Origin: Narcine bancroftii
Taxonomy: Eukaryota
DNA: 64,000 nt
Assembly (NCBI RefSeq): GCF_036971445.1
Contig: NC_091472.1
Location: 2,852,001-2,916,000, forward strand
Reading direction: 5' to 3'
A model generated the notes under the pieces. It saw only the letters and a list, made by a program, of their open reading frames with translations, did not search any database and was not told the DNA's origin. The position numbers and the translations under genes were made by a program. This document shows, piece after piece, positions 52,431 through 64,000 of the stretch (position 1 is its first letter; each line of letters begins with the position of its first letter).

Positions 52431-55318
52431 AGCAGCAGCAGGTAATAAATAGTGGCCATGGTAACAATTGTAGAGAGGGTGAGAGGCAGAAAGTTAAATG
52501 TGGAAGATCTCTGAGGTGCATTTATTTGAATGCAAGGAGTGTGGTAAATAAATGGATGATCTGATGGTGTGGATTGACACGTGGCCTTATGATGTGAGAG
52601 CAATTAGTGAGACATGGTTGAAGGAAGGTTGTGACTGGCGGTTAAATATTCCGGGATTTCACAGCTTTAGACATGACAGGATTGGTGGGGTATGAGGGGG
52701 AGGTGTGGCGTTGTTTGTCAGGGAAGATATTACAGCGGAGCTGAGGCAAGATAAACTCGAGGACAAATCGCGTGAGGAGGTGAGACTACAAATATAGGGG
52801 TATATTATAGGCTGCCAAAAGAGGATAGGGAACTGGAAGAGCAAATGTGCAGGGAAATAGCTGAAATGTGTAGTAGAAACAGGGTTGTGATAGTTGGGGA
52901 TTTCAATTTGCCGAACATTGATTGGGAAACACAATCAGTGAGAGGGCAGGATGGCTTAGACTTTCTACAGTGTGTTCAGCATTGCTTTTTAAGCAGTATG
53001 TTGAAGTGCATACCAGAGGGGAGGCAGTGTTGGATCTATTGTTAGGTAACAGAATAGGGCAGGTGACGGAAGTGTGCATTGGTGAGAACTTTGGGTCCAG
53101 TGATCATGGGCATGTTAGCTTCAACTTAAATATGGAAAGGGATAGGTCAGGTCTGAGGATGAAGGTCTTCAAGAGGGGGAAGGCCAGATTTGAAGAAATG
53201 AGAAGGGATTTGCAGAAATTGTATGGGCTGATCTTTTTTCTGGAAAGGATGTAGAGGGGATTTGGAGGGTATTTAAAGAAGAGATATTGAGAGTACAGGA
53301 TCTTTAGGTGTCAGTTAGGTTGAAAAGCAAGGACAAAAGTTCAAGGCAACCGTGGTTTTCTGGAAAAATTAGGAAGGTGGTTTGGGATAAGAGAAGGGTA
53401 TTTACTAAATTTAAGAAGCAAAAAATGGATAAGATGTATGGTTATTACATAGATTGCAGAAAAAACCTGAAGAAGGAAATTAGAAAGGCCAAAAGAAGGT
53501 ATGAGGTGTCAATAGCTGATGAGGTAAAAGTGAATCCTAAGGGTTTGTACAGACATGTGAATACTAAAAGGAGGGTTAAGGATAGAATAGGACGGCTGGA
53601 AAATGAGAGCGGTGAACTGTGGGAGGAACCGTATCAGATGGGAGAGATATTAAACGATTTTTTCTCATCTGTGTTCAGGAAGGAAAAGGACATTGGATTG
53701 TGTGAGATAAGTGAGGCAAATGGCTCAGTTATGGAAAAGATTGGAATTAGTAAAGAGAGGGTTTTGGAGCTTCTAAGGTCAGTAAAAGTGGATAAGTCTC
53801 CTGATCCTGATGGGATTTTCCCCAGGACGTTAAGGGAGGTCAGGGAGCAAATAGTGGAGCCACTGTCAGTGGTTTTTCAACGATCACTGGAGGAGGGTGT
53901 TGTGCCGTGGGATTGGAGGGTTGCTAATGTAGTTCCCTTGTTTAAACAAGGCCCAAGGTGTTGGCCAAGTAATTATAGGTCTGTAAGCTTGACTTCAGAG
54001 GTAGGGAAAGTTATGGAGGGTATTCTTAGAGATGGTGTGTATAAATATCTAGATAAGCAGGGATTGATCAGGAACACCCAGCATGAGTTTGTGAAGGGGA
54101 AGTCATGTTTGACGAACCTTGTTGAGTTTTTCGAAGAAGTGACAAGGAAGGTGGATGAAGGTAGGGCAGTTGATGTTGTCTATCTGGATTTTAGCAAAGC
54201 TTTTGATAAGGTTTCACATGAAAGGTTAGTAAGGAAGGTTCAGTCACTAGGGATTAATAGAGAAATAGAAAGATGGGTTCAGGGGTGGCTGAAGGAGAGA
54301 CAGCAGAGGGTCATGGTGGACAACTCTCTGTCAGGATGGAAGCCTGTGACGAGCGGCGTGCCTCAAGGATCGGTACTTGGTCCCCTGTTGTTCATAATTT
54401 ATATTTGGATGATGGGGAGGTTAACTGGGTAAGTAAATACGTGGTGCGTAGCGAGGAAGGTTTTCAGGGATTACAGAGGGATTTGGTTTGTCTGGAGAGT
54501 TGGGCTGATGGAATTCAATGTAGATAAGTGTGAGGTGCTTCATTTTGGTAAAAATAATCTAAATATGTAGTAAAGGGGAGGACATTTGGGAATGCACAGA
54601 ACAAAGAGATCTTGGAGTTATGGTGCAGTGTTCCTTGAAGGTGGATTCCCATGTTGACAGGGTAGTTAACATTTGGTATGTTAACCTTCATAAATTATAG
54701 CATAGAGTATAGGAGCTGGGAAGTGATGCTGCGAATGTTTAAAGTGTTGGTGAGGCCATGTTTGGAGTATTGTGTTCAGTTCTGGTCTCCAAATTATAGG
54801 AATGATGAGGAGAAGGTGGAGAGGGTGTAGAGAAGATTTACAAGGATGTTGCTTGGCTTAAAATACCTTGTGTACAGAGAAAGATTGGAGAGGTTAGGAC
54901 TTTATTAATTGGAACGTAGATGTTTTAGAGGGGATTTGATAGAGGTGTTTAAAATTATGAAGGGAATAGATAGACTAGATGCAAGTAGACTCTTCCCCCT
55001 GAGAGCAGGGGAGGTTGAAACAAGAGGACACAAGTTGAGAGTAAGGGGGAAAAATTTTAGGGGAAACGTTAGAGGATGTTTCTTCTCTCAGAGAGTGGTG
55101 GCTGAATGGAATAATCTTCCAGAGAAAACAGTTGAGGCAGAGTCAATTCTTTCACTTAAGAGGAGGCTGGATATATACATGGATAGGAGGGGGTTGGAGG
55201 GTAATGGGCGGAGAATAGGCAGAGGGATCTAACGGAGTTGTTTGAGTGAACTGGCGTGGACTTGAAGGTATGAGGTGGCCTGTTTCCATGCCATAAACTG
55301 TTATATATGGTTATATGT
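52430..55318 (+). mobile_element. CR1 LINE ORF2 (degraded) nested in the preceding CR1
   Basis: GDFNLPNIDW and SSDH motifs, ORF 53308-54432, 3' tail tggttatat. Confidence 0.9.
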
Positions 55319-55914
55319 TCCTGATCAGCCCCTATCTCTCTAGATACTTATATATGTTATCTCTAAGAATACTTTCCATCAGTTTAATGAACACCGACAG
55401 GATTTGACCCGCGTTGCTGGTGCTTTGAAGACATTGCCCTAACCATTACGCCAATTGCGCTGCCCTAGCCTCAGTAGCACTCCCTAAATGCATATGTACA
55501 CATTTATTAGGATTAAATTCTATCTGCTATTTTTCAGAACATGTCACCCACTCCTTGATATCTCTCTCTGCTGTTTAAGTCTACCCTCCACATGAGGCCA
55601 GTGTCTCCACTGATCTCCGTCTCATGCCTCCTCCATCGACATCCATCGATCGTGTACACTATATAGAGCAAAGGTCCCAGCACTGATCCAGGTGGGCACG
55701 ACCAGTCAATGACATCCAACCAGGAAAACAAATCTCTGCCATCACCTTATGTATTCTACCACAAAGCCAACTTTGGGTTTAGTTTGTATCCCTTAATGGA
55801 TTCCCTGGCCATCACCTTTCAAAACTGTCTCCTTTCTGAGGCCTAGGGCCCTAGATTCCAGCATCAACAATCTTATATCTCTCTTCTATGATGTCTTTCG
55901 TCTTCTACCAACCC

Positions 55915-56140
55915 TAAATGTGACATGGTTAGTATTACAAACCCAGCAACCCGAGCTCGAATCCCGCGCTGTCTGCAAGGAGTGTGTATGTTCTCCCTAT
56001 ATCTGTGTGGGTCTCCCGTGGGGGCTCCGGCTTCCCCCCACCCTTTAAAACATTTGGGAGTTGCAGTTTAATTGCGTGTAATTGGCCAGCATGGGCAAGT
56101 GAGCTGGAAGGGTCGGTTACCGAGCTCTCTGTCTAAATTA
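55915..56140 (+). mobile_element. tRNA-derived SINE
   Basis: A/B-box-like head (tggttag...ctcgaatccc) plus the shared core. Confidence 0.7.
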
Positions 56141-59100
56141 AACTAGAAAATCATCATTTGCCTTCTTAATTGCCTATCACATCTGCATGGCTGACACCTC
56201 TGGCATGGTTCTGGAGGACTGAAACATTGCAAAAGTCACTCCACTATTTAAAAAGGGAGGGAGGCAACAGAGAGGAAATTGGAGACCTGTTCACCCAACA
56301 TCGGTGCTTGGGAAGTCATTGGAGTCGATGGTCAAGGATGGGATTATCGGGTACCTGTAAATGCATGACTAGATAGAGTAATGTCAGCATGGCTTTCCCC
56401 TCTTGGCTTTCGTAACATTGAGTACAAGGTTATTTCTGTGTTACAGAGTTCTGTGTTGTGTATTGGCCTATGCCTTATATGGATTTGTGTTGAAAAGTGA
56501 CAGTTTGCCTTAGAGAGCCAAGGTAAAGGTGGACTGCTGAGAGAGTGGGAGACAGACTGAGCATATGCAGAAAATGATCTTGAAATTTCTGAACTTGGAC
56601 AATAAACACCACTGGGTGGTGCTGTGGAGTGGAAGAAGGCCCAGAGCATGAGTCATGATCTGGAGGACAGTTGAGAATGTTGGGCATTTCATAAAGGGAT
56701 GAACATTTCGAAGGGAGCCAAAAGGATCCGGACCAAGCCAGTAGTTCCTCTCTCTGCAAGCAACACAAGACAACTTCGAATTTTGTGCTCTCTCTCTCTC
56801 AAAGATCTTTTGGCTTCATTTTACCAAACAAACTGAATTTTGTTTATGATCTTTGCTTCGGTTGAGATCAAAGTTTTGTGTGTCTTGTGTGTTTTGTGTT
56901 TGTTTTGTGTCTAAGTATTTCTGTGGGCTGGTTGGAAATATAACTTAGACTTTAATTACATATGTTATATTTAGGCTGGGGAATTTATTCATTTTACACT
57001 GTTATAGAGATGTGCATTGTTATAAAAGTGGACATTGTTATAAAAGGGGGGATTTTGAATTAAAGTTTGAAGGTGAATTTTTTGTTAATAAAGTCATTGT
57101 TCATCTTTACCCCTGTGTGATCTGCCTTCTTTGTGGTTCCTGGTTTGATCTTGTAACATAATTTGGGGGAATCATCCGGGATCAAACCTATTTTGAAGCT
57201 TGAGAGGCGATTGACTTGTGTTTAGTTATCAGTCGTCTGAGTTTGACTCAACCTCCAGCTTGAAATTAAAAATAAACGGTGAGTGTATAAATCAACATCT
57301 GATAAACCAGCAACTATGAATATTGACCAGTTCATCGCGAACCCTTCAGTGGTTAAAATAAAAATGGCTAAAAAATCAGAACTGATGGTTATAGTTGGGA
57401 AGTTAAAACTTCTTACAGTAAAAACTGGGATGAAAAAAAGGAAATTGCCCAAAAGATTGTTAAGCTCTATGTAGGGAAGGGGGTATTTGAAGAAGCTGCA
57501 TTAGAACAGTTTCCAAAGGAGAAAACTTCAGAGGAAGTAAAGTTGGCTTTGAGAAAACTCGAGTTAGAGGAAAAAAGAGAGGCAGGCAGAAATGGAGGAG
57601 AGAGAGAAAGAATGGAAGCATGAGCTAGAACTAGCTAAATTAAAGCTGACCCTATGCAAGGAGAGGGAGAAGCCCAAAACCCACGTGCTGGTCAGGAGGT
57701 GAGGTTTCTGGTCAGTAGAGAAGTGAGGTTAGTTCCTCCATTTGAGGAAGCTGAAATAGACCAGTATTTTCAGCATTTTGAGAAAGTAGCTGTAAATTTA
57801 AAATGGCCTCCAGACCAGTGGTCACTCCTGCTACAAAGTGTTCTTAAAGGGAAAGCCCAACAGGTGGACTCGTGTCTCACTGTAGAACAAGCAGCTGATT
57901 ACGAATTTGTAAAGCAGGCTATTCACCGATCTTATGAACTAATTCCAGAGGTTGACAGACAAAAGTTCAGGAGTTTAAAAAACACAGCAACCCAATCTTA
58001 CCTGGATTTTGCTTATAGGAAGGTTGTGTGTTTTGATCGGTGGTGTGCCACAATGAAGGCAGAAAATAACATTGATTTATTAAGGGAAATCATTCTGATT
58101 GAGGAGATTAAAAATTGTGTTCCTGACGATATTCAAGTGTACTTGGCAGAGAAAAATATAAAAACTTGGCAAGAATTGGCTAAATTCGCAGAGGAATATG
58201 CTTTAACCCACAAGCCTAAGTGGATACCAGGGAAAACCTTTCAAAGGAAACTGCTGTTAATCCAAGTAGAGTAGAAAGAAAATCTTGAAGTGAGGTTAAA
58301 GGAAGAGGTTAAAGGAAGAAAGTTTTCGAGTGTTATTTGCCACTGTTGTAAGAAGCCAGGGCACATAATAGCAAATTGTCCTGTACTGAAAAGGAAGAAA
58401 GAGAAAAGGGTGGTACCAACTGCCTGTGTTCAGAGTGTAGAAAAAATAAGGAAACAGTTTTATTGGATGAAATTAAGAAAGGATGTTGTAAAGTTTTGTC
58501 GAACCTGTCACACTTGTCAACTAGTGGGCACGCCTAATCAAGGACCACCAGTGGCACCTTTACAACCCATTCCTGCTTTTGGGCATCCCTTCTCAAAAGT
58601 GATAGTGGATTGTGTTGGCCCATTGCCAAAAACCAAAGCAGGAAATGAATATTTGTTAACATTCATGTGCACAGCTTCAAGGTTTCCAGAGGCTATTCCC
58701 CTGAGAAACATTAAAGCAAATACAATTGTGAAGGCTATGCTAAAATTTTTCACACTGTTTGTCCTACAAAGGGAAATTCAGTCGGACCAAGGGAGTAATT
58801 TTATGTCTGGAATATTTCAACAGGTGGTGTATAAATTGGGAGCCCATCAAATTGTGTCGTCTACCAATCATCCTGAAAGTCAAGGGGCCTTGGAAAGGTT
58901 CCATCTAACTGTGAAAAATATGATGAGGGCTTATTGTGTGGAAAATAATAAGGATTGGGATGAAGGAATCCATTTGTTATTGTTTGCTGTTAGAGGGGCA
59001 ACTCAGGACTTTAGTCCATTTGAGTTGGTGTTTGGTCATGAAGTCAGGGGTCCATTACTATTTTTGAAGGAACAATAATGAGCTACAAACAAATTTTTTG

Positions 59101-61322
59101 GATTATGTTTTCAAATGTAAAAACAGATTATATCAGGCTTGCGGGATGACAAGAAAAAATTTTAAAACTGCTCAGGGAAAAATGAAAATTCGGTATGATC
59201 AAAAATCAAAAATTAGGGACATTAAACCTGGCGACAAAGTATTGGTTTTGTTTCCAATAGAGTGAAATCCATTGAGAACTCAGTTTTCAGGACTGTATAA
59301 GGTGAAATCAAAAATTAACCAGGTCACCTATGTCGTTGAGATACCTGATCGTCGAAGAGAGACACAGGTCTGTCATGTGAACATGCTTAAACCTTACTTT
59401 GAGAAAATGACTGTGGAGGAGACTAAGATTCCAACCAAGGTGCTAGTTATAGAGGAAAGTAAGGAGCAGATAAGTTTCGTGGAAGGTCATGGAGCACAGA
59501 AAGTGATAAGGCTGGAAAATTCTATAGTTTTGCAAAACTTAGAAACCAAGTTAATGCATTTGACTAAATCAGAAAGGGAAGAAATGAAGACATTACTTAT
59601 GAAATTTAAGGATATAGTCCCAGATGTTCCAAGAAGAACTACTGTGGCTTGTCATGATGTGGAGGTCGGTGATGCTAAGCCTATTAAGCAGCATCCTTAC
59701 CGAGTTAATCAGGGAAAGAGCAGATTGTTGGATCAAGAGGTGGATTATATGCTCAAAAATGACATCATTCGAAAATCAAGTTCAAATTGGAGTTCACCCT
59801 GTGTTCTGGTGCCTAAGCCAGATGGCTCAATTAGGTTTTGTACAGATTATCAAAAGGTAAACATGGCGACAAAGACTGATGCATTTCCAATTCCCAGAAT
59901 AGATGATTGTATAGATAAGGTTGGGGAAGACTAAGTTTCTTACAAAGATTGATCTCTTAAAAGGTTACTGCTATGTTCATTTGACAGAGAAAGGCAGGGA
60001 GATTTCTGATTTTGTTACACCTTCGGGATTGTATGAATATAATGTTATGCCTTTCAGGATGAAAACTGCACCTGGCATATTTCAGTGAATGATTAATGTA
60101 CTAATTCAGGGTTTAGAGCATACAGGAGCCTATATCGATGATTTAGTAATTTGTACAGATACATGGGAAGAACACTTGCTTGAATTAGAGCAGTTATTTC
60201 AGTGACTGGTGGAAGCACACCTCACAGTGAATTTGCACAAGAGTGAGTTTGGATGTGCCACTGTAATTTATCTGGGTTATGTGGTAGGACAGGGACAGGT
60301 GGCACCAGTTGGAGCGAAAGTATTGGCTATCACTGTGTTCCCTATCCCTGGTAATAAGAAAAGTCTTCAGAGATTTCTAGGTATGATTGGCTACTATCAT
60401 AGATTTTGTAAAAACTTTGCAGAAATTGCACTCCCATTAACAAAACTACTTGGAAAGAGAGAAAAAATATATCTGGTCAGATGTATGCCAGGAAGTGTTT
60501 CTGAAGTTAAAGGACATTTTATGCCATCAGCCTGAATTTGTGTCCCCTAACTTTTAAAAGCCATTCTCTTTAGCCGTGGACGTCAGTGATGAAGCGGTTG
60601 GTGCTATACTGTTAAAGAAGAAGGATGGTGATGGAGTGGAACATCCTATTTCATACTTCTCAAAAAAGTTTAACAATCATAAACTAAATTATTAAACCAT
60701 TGAGGAGTTATTAGCGCTTGTTTTAGCATTGCAACATTTTGATGTGTATATTTCTACTGTTCAAAAACCATAAATAATATATACTGATCATAATCCATTA
60801 GCTTTTCTGTCTAAAATGAAAAAGAAAAACAGACGGTTAGTGAACTGGAGCTTACTATTACAAGAGTATGATTTAATTATTACAAACATAAAGGGGACAG
60901 ATAATGTAATAGCAGATTGTTTGTCAAGATATTAATCTGGGTAGATATAAATCTAATCACATACTTATTGTAAAAATAATGGAGTGTTTATTTTATTTTA
61001 TTTATGTCATACTTCCATTAATTGTTAAAAAATTGTTGTTGTGAGCCAATTTCTTTTTAGCAGGTCAGGTGTTACAGAGTTCTGTGTTGTGTTTTGCCCT
61101 ATGTGTTGTGTGGATTTATGTTAAAAAGTGACAGTTTGCCTTAGAGAGCCAAGGTGAAGGTGGACTGCTGAGAGAGTGGGAGACGGACTGAACATGTGCA
61201 GAAAATGATCTAGATATTTCTGGACTTAGACAATAAACACCACTGGGTGGTGCTGTGGAGTGGAAGAAGGCCCAGAGCAGGAGTCATGGTCTGGAGGAGA
61301 GTTGAGAATGTTGGGCATGTCA

Positions 61323-62358
61323 TGTTGGGTGCCGCAGGGTTCAGTGTTAGACCCACAACTGTTCATCATTTACATTGATGACTTGGAGGAGGGGACAAAA
61401 TGTGGTGTAGCCAAGTTTGCGGATGACACCAAATTGAGTGGAAGAGCAAATTGTAATGAGGATGTGGAGAGTCTGCAGAGGGATAGAGTTAAGCTGGATG
61501 AGTGGGCAAAGGTCTGGTAGATGGAGTAAAATGTTAGTAAGTGTTAGGTGATCCACTTTGGCAAGAAAAATAAAAGTGCTGAATATTATTTAAAGGGTGA
61601 AAAACTACAGCATGCTGTTGTGCAGAGGGACTTGGGAGGGCTTGTGCATGAATCGCAAAAAGTTAGGTTGCAGGTGCAGCAGGTTATTAAGAAGGCAAAT
61701 GGAATGTTGGCCTTCATCGCTAGAGGAATTGAATTCAGTGGTAGGGAGGTCATGTTGCAACTGTATAAGGTACTGGTGAGACCGCACCTGGAGTACTGTG
61801 TCCAGTTCTGGTCTCCATATTTGAGGAAGGGTATACTGGCTTTGGAGACGGTCCAGAGGAGGTTTACTAGGTTGATCCCTGGGATGAAGGGGTTGACTTA
61901 AGATGAAAGATTAAATCGTCTAGGATTGTATTCGCTCGAGTTCAGAAGAATGAGAGGAGATCTTATAGAAACATAGAGGATTATGAAGGGTATGGATAGG
62001 ATAGATGTAGTAAGGTTTTTTGAGCTGGCCGGAGAAACAAAAATGAGAGGACACAGTCTCAAGATTCGGGGGAGTAGATTTAGGACAGAGATGAGGAAAA
62101 ATAGTTTTTCCCAGAGAGTAGTGAATGTTTGGAATTCTCTAACCAGGGAAGTGGTTGAGGCTGCCTCATTAAACATATTTAAAATTCGGTTAGATAAATT
62201 TTTACATGATAGAGGAATTAGGGGATCTGGGGAGAAGGCAGGTACGTGGAGTTAGGTCATAAATTAGATCAGCCATGATTGTATTGAATGGTGAAACAGG
62301 CTCAATCGGCCATTTTTGGCCTACTCCTGTTCCTACTTCCTATGTTCCTATGTTCCTA
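61323..62358 (+). mobile_element. CR1 3' fragment inserted in the Gypsy 3' LTR
   Basis: Absent from the 5' LTR. VPQGSVLDP and FADD motifs, ctatgttc tail. Same subfamily as 32588-34874. Confidence 0.92.
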
Positions 62359-62458
62359 TAAAGGGATGAACATTACGAAGGGAGCTAAAAGGATCCAGTC
62401 CAAGCCAATGTTTCCTCTCTCTGCAAGCAACACAAGAAGACAACTTCAAATTTTGTGT

Positions 62459-62530
<72 letters not shown>
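62459..62530. repeat. (TC)n microsatellite in the 3' LTR
   Basis: About 36 TC units, versus about 7 at the equivalent 5' LTR site (about 56787-56800). Confidence 0.95.
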
Positions 62531-63166
62531 AAAGATCTTTTGGTTTCAGTTTACCAAACAAACTGAATTTTGTTTATGATCTTTGCTTCAGTTGAGATCG
62601 AAGTTTTGAGTCTTGTGTGTTTTGTGTTGGTTTTGTGTCTAAGTTTTTCTGTGGGCTGGTTGGAAATATAACTTAGACTTTAATTACATATGTTATATTT
62701 AGGCTGGGGAAATTATTCATTTTACACTGTTATAGAGATTTGCATTGTTATAAAAGTGGACATTGTTATAAAAGGGGGGATTTTGAATTAAAGTTTGAAG
62801 GTGAATTTTTGTTAATGAAGTAATTGTTCATCTTTACCCCTGTGAGATCTGCCTTCTTTGTGATTGCTGGTTTGATCTTGTAACAGCTGTGGCCCCACAC
62901 AACGAGCTGATCGCTCTCCCTCCTGTGCATCCGGGCATCTGCCGGTGACCGTGGTGTCATCTGCAAATCCGTACATGGCATTTGTATCGAGCCCAGTCAC
63001 ACCGTCATGGGTGTAGAGAGAGTAGATTAAGTTGCAGATTCAGATGTAAATGTGATTTTAATCTCAGAAACAAGGAAGTCTTTGCTGTTTCCTGAGACCC
63101 CAGGTCATGAATGTCTTTACATTGACATATTCTGGATTTTAAGTTCTTGATATTCTCCCTTCTCAG

Positions 63167-63511
63167 GTGTGAACGTTCCTGTCCTGATCCAATCCCCAAG
63201 CCTGGAGCGCATCACTGAGGGCCACACAGCACGGTTATGCTGTGCCATGCAAAATGCCTGGCTGGAAAAAACTGACGTCCACTGGTACCGAGAACTACCC
63301 GGGCAGGGGATGGAGTGGGTTTTAACCCACGAGGCAGGAGGCGCCACACGAAGACGGGCAAATTCTCCTGAGCGGTTTGAACCCTCCAGGGACGTCTCCA
63401 ACAGCAGCTTCATCCTGATGGTCTCAGATGTGGAGCCCGGTGATTCTGCCGTATATTACTGCGTCGTGTGGGGAGATATCAGTGGGAACGGAACCCGGCT
63501 CATAGTGACCG
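63167..63511 (+). CDS. Ig V-set domain exon 2, germline V-J joined (antigen-receptor-like)
   Basis: Acceptor ttctcccttctcag|G and donor ACCG|GTGAGT, phase 1-1, 345 nt open. Motifs: LIQSP, RLCC, VHWYRELPGQGMEWV, RFEPSRD, DSAVYYC, then J-like SGNGTRLIVT. Confidence 0.93.
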
Positions 63512-64000
63512 GTGAGTACATTTTGTTTTATTCACCAGCGTGTCACTACGTTGGGTATAATTCCCACACCATTCCCTTCCCTTGGATAGTCACATACTGG
63601 GGGTGTGCAGTGAAGAGTGACCTCTCTGGGACACAATACAAACCACTCAGGGACAGGTGCTGAACATCGAGGTGGTAACTGGTCGTCTGCTCTGTTTGAA
63701 AAATTTGCATTTGGAAAATAAATTTCAAAATTGAGTGTGTTATTTCACGTGGAGAACATTGGAAATATTGTTCAGTGCTCAGAGTGATAGCTGGGTACTG
63801 TTGGGGGACGGGGGTCAGTGAAGATCGACAAGACGGAGACTTGTGTTTGTCCTGGCTTTAGATGAACCAATTCCACCATCTCAGTTAAACGATGTAATGT
63901 TGAATCACGAGTGATGGACATTTCAGAGAGAATCCCACCACCCAGCCCGTGCAGAAAGGTCAGGGATCACGACAGGCCGGGAAGAAACCATACGCAGCAC

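Larger units (their letters stand above)
56439..62885 (+). mobile_element. Gmr1-like Ty3/Gypsy LTR retrotransposon (gag-integrase-RT-RNase H order), degraded
   Basis: LTRs at 56439-57158 and 61070-62885 (TG...CA). PBS tgggggaatcatccgggat (tRNA-Pro-like) at about 57164-57182. Gag 57654-58274 with CCHC knuckle, integrase 58440-59078 (DCVGP, SDQGSNF, ERFH), then RT (HPYR, WSSP, YIDD) and RNase H. Confidence 0.92.

Overview
Repeat-dominated vertebrate genomic DNA. The CR1, L1, BEL and SINE families look like those of a cartilaginous fish (shark or ray); this is inferred, not proven. There is one 286-N gap. Well over 80% of the window is transposon-derived: many CR1 LINEs, a 5'-inverted L1, two BEL/Pao LTR elements, a Gmr1-type Gypsy element, solo LTRs, Rex/Babar-like and RTE 3' ends, SINEs, and two minisatellites that arose inside CR1 coding sequence. 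Hidden in the repeats is a + strand gene with three frame-compatible phase-1 exons: a signal-peptide exon (9746-9794, missed by the ORF track) and two Ig V-set exons (28815-29177, 63167-63511). Both V exons carry their own J-like G strand, very short CDR3 loops and no flanking RSS. Together they predict a non-rearranging, antigen-receptor-like Leader-VJ-VJ protein whose remaining exons lie beyond the window. A weaker set of minus-strand exon candidates diverges from the same promoter region. Boundaries of degraded repeats are approximate.
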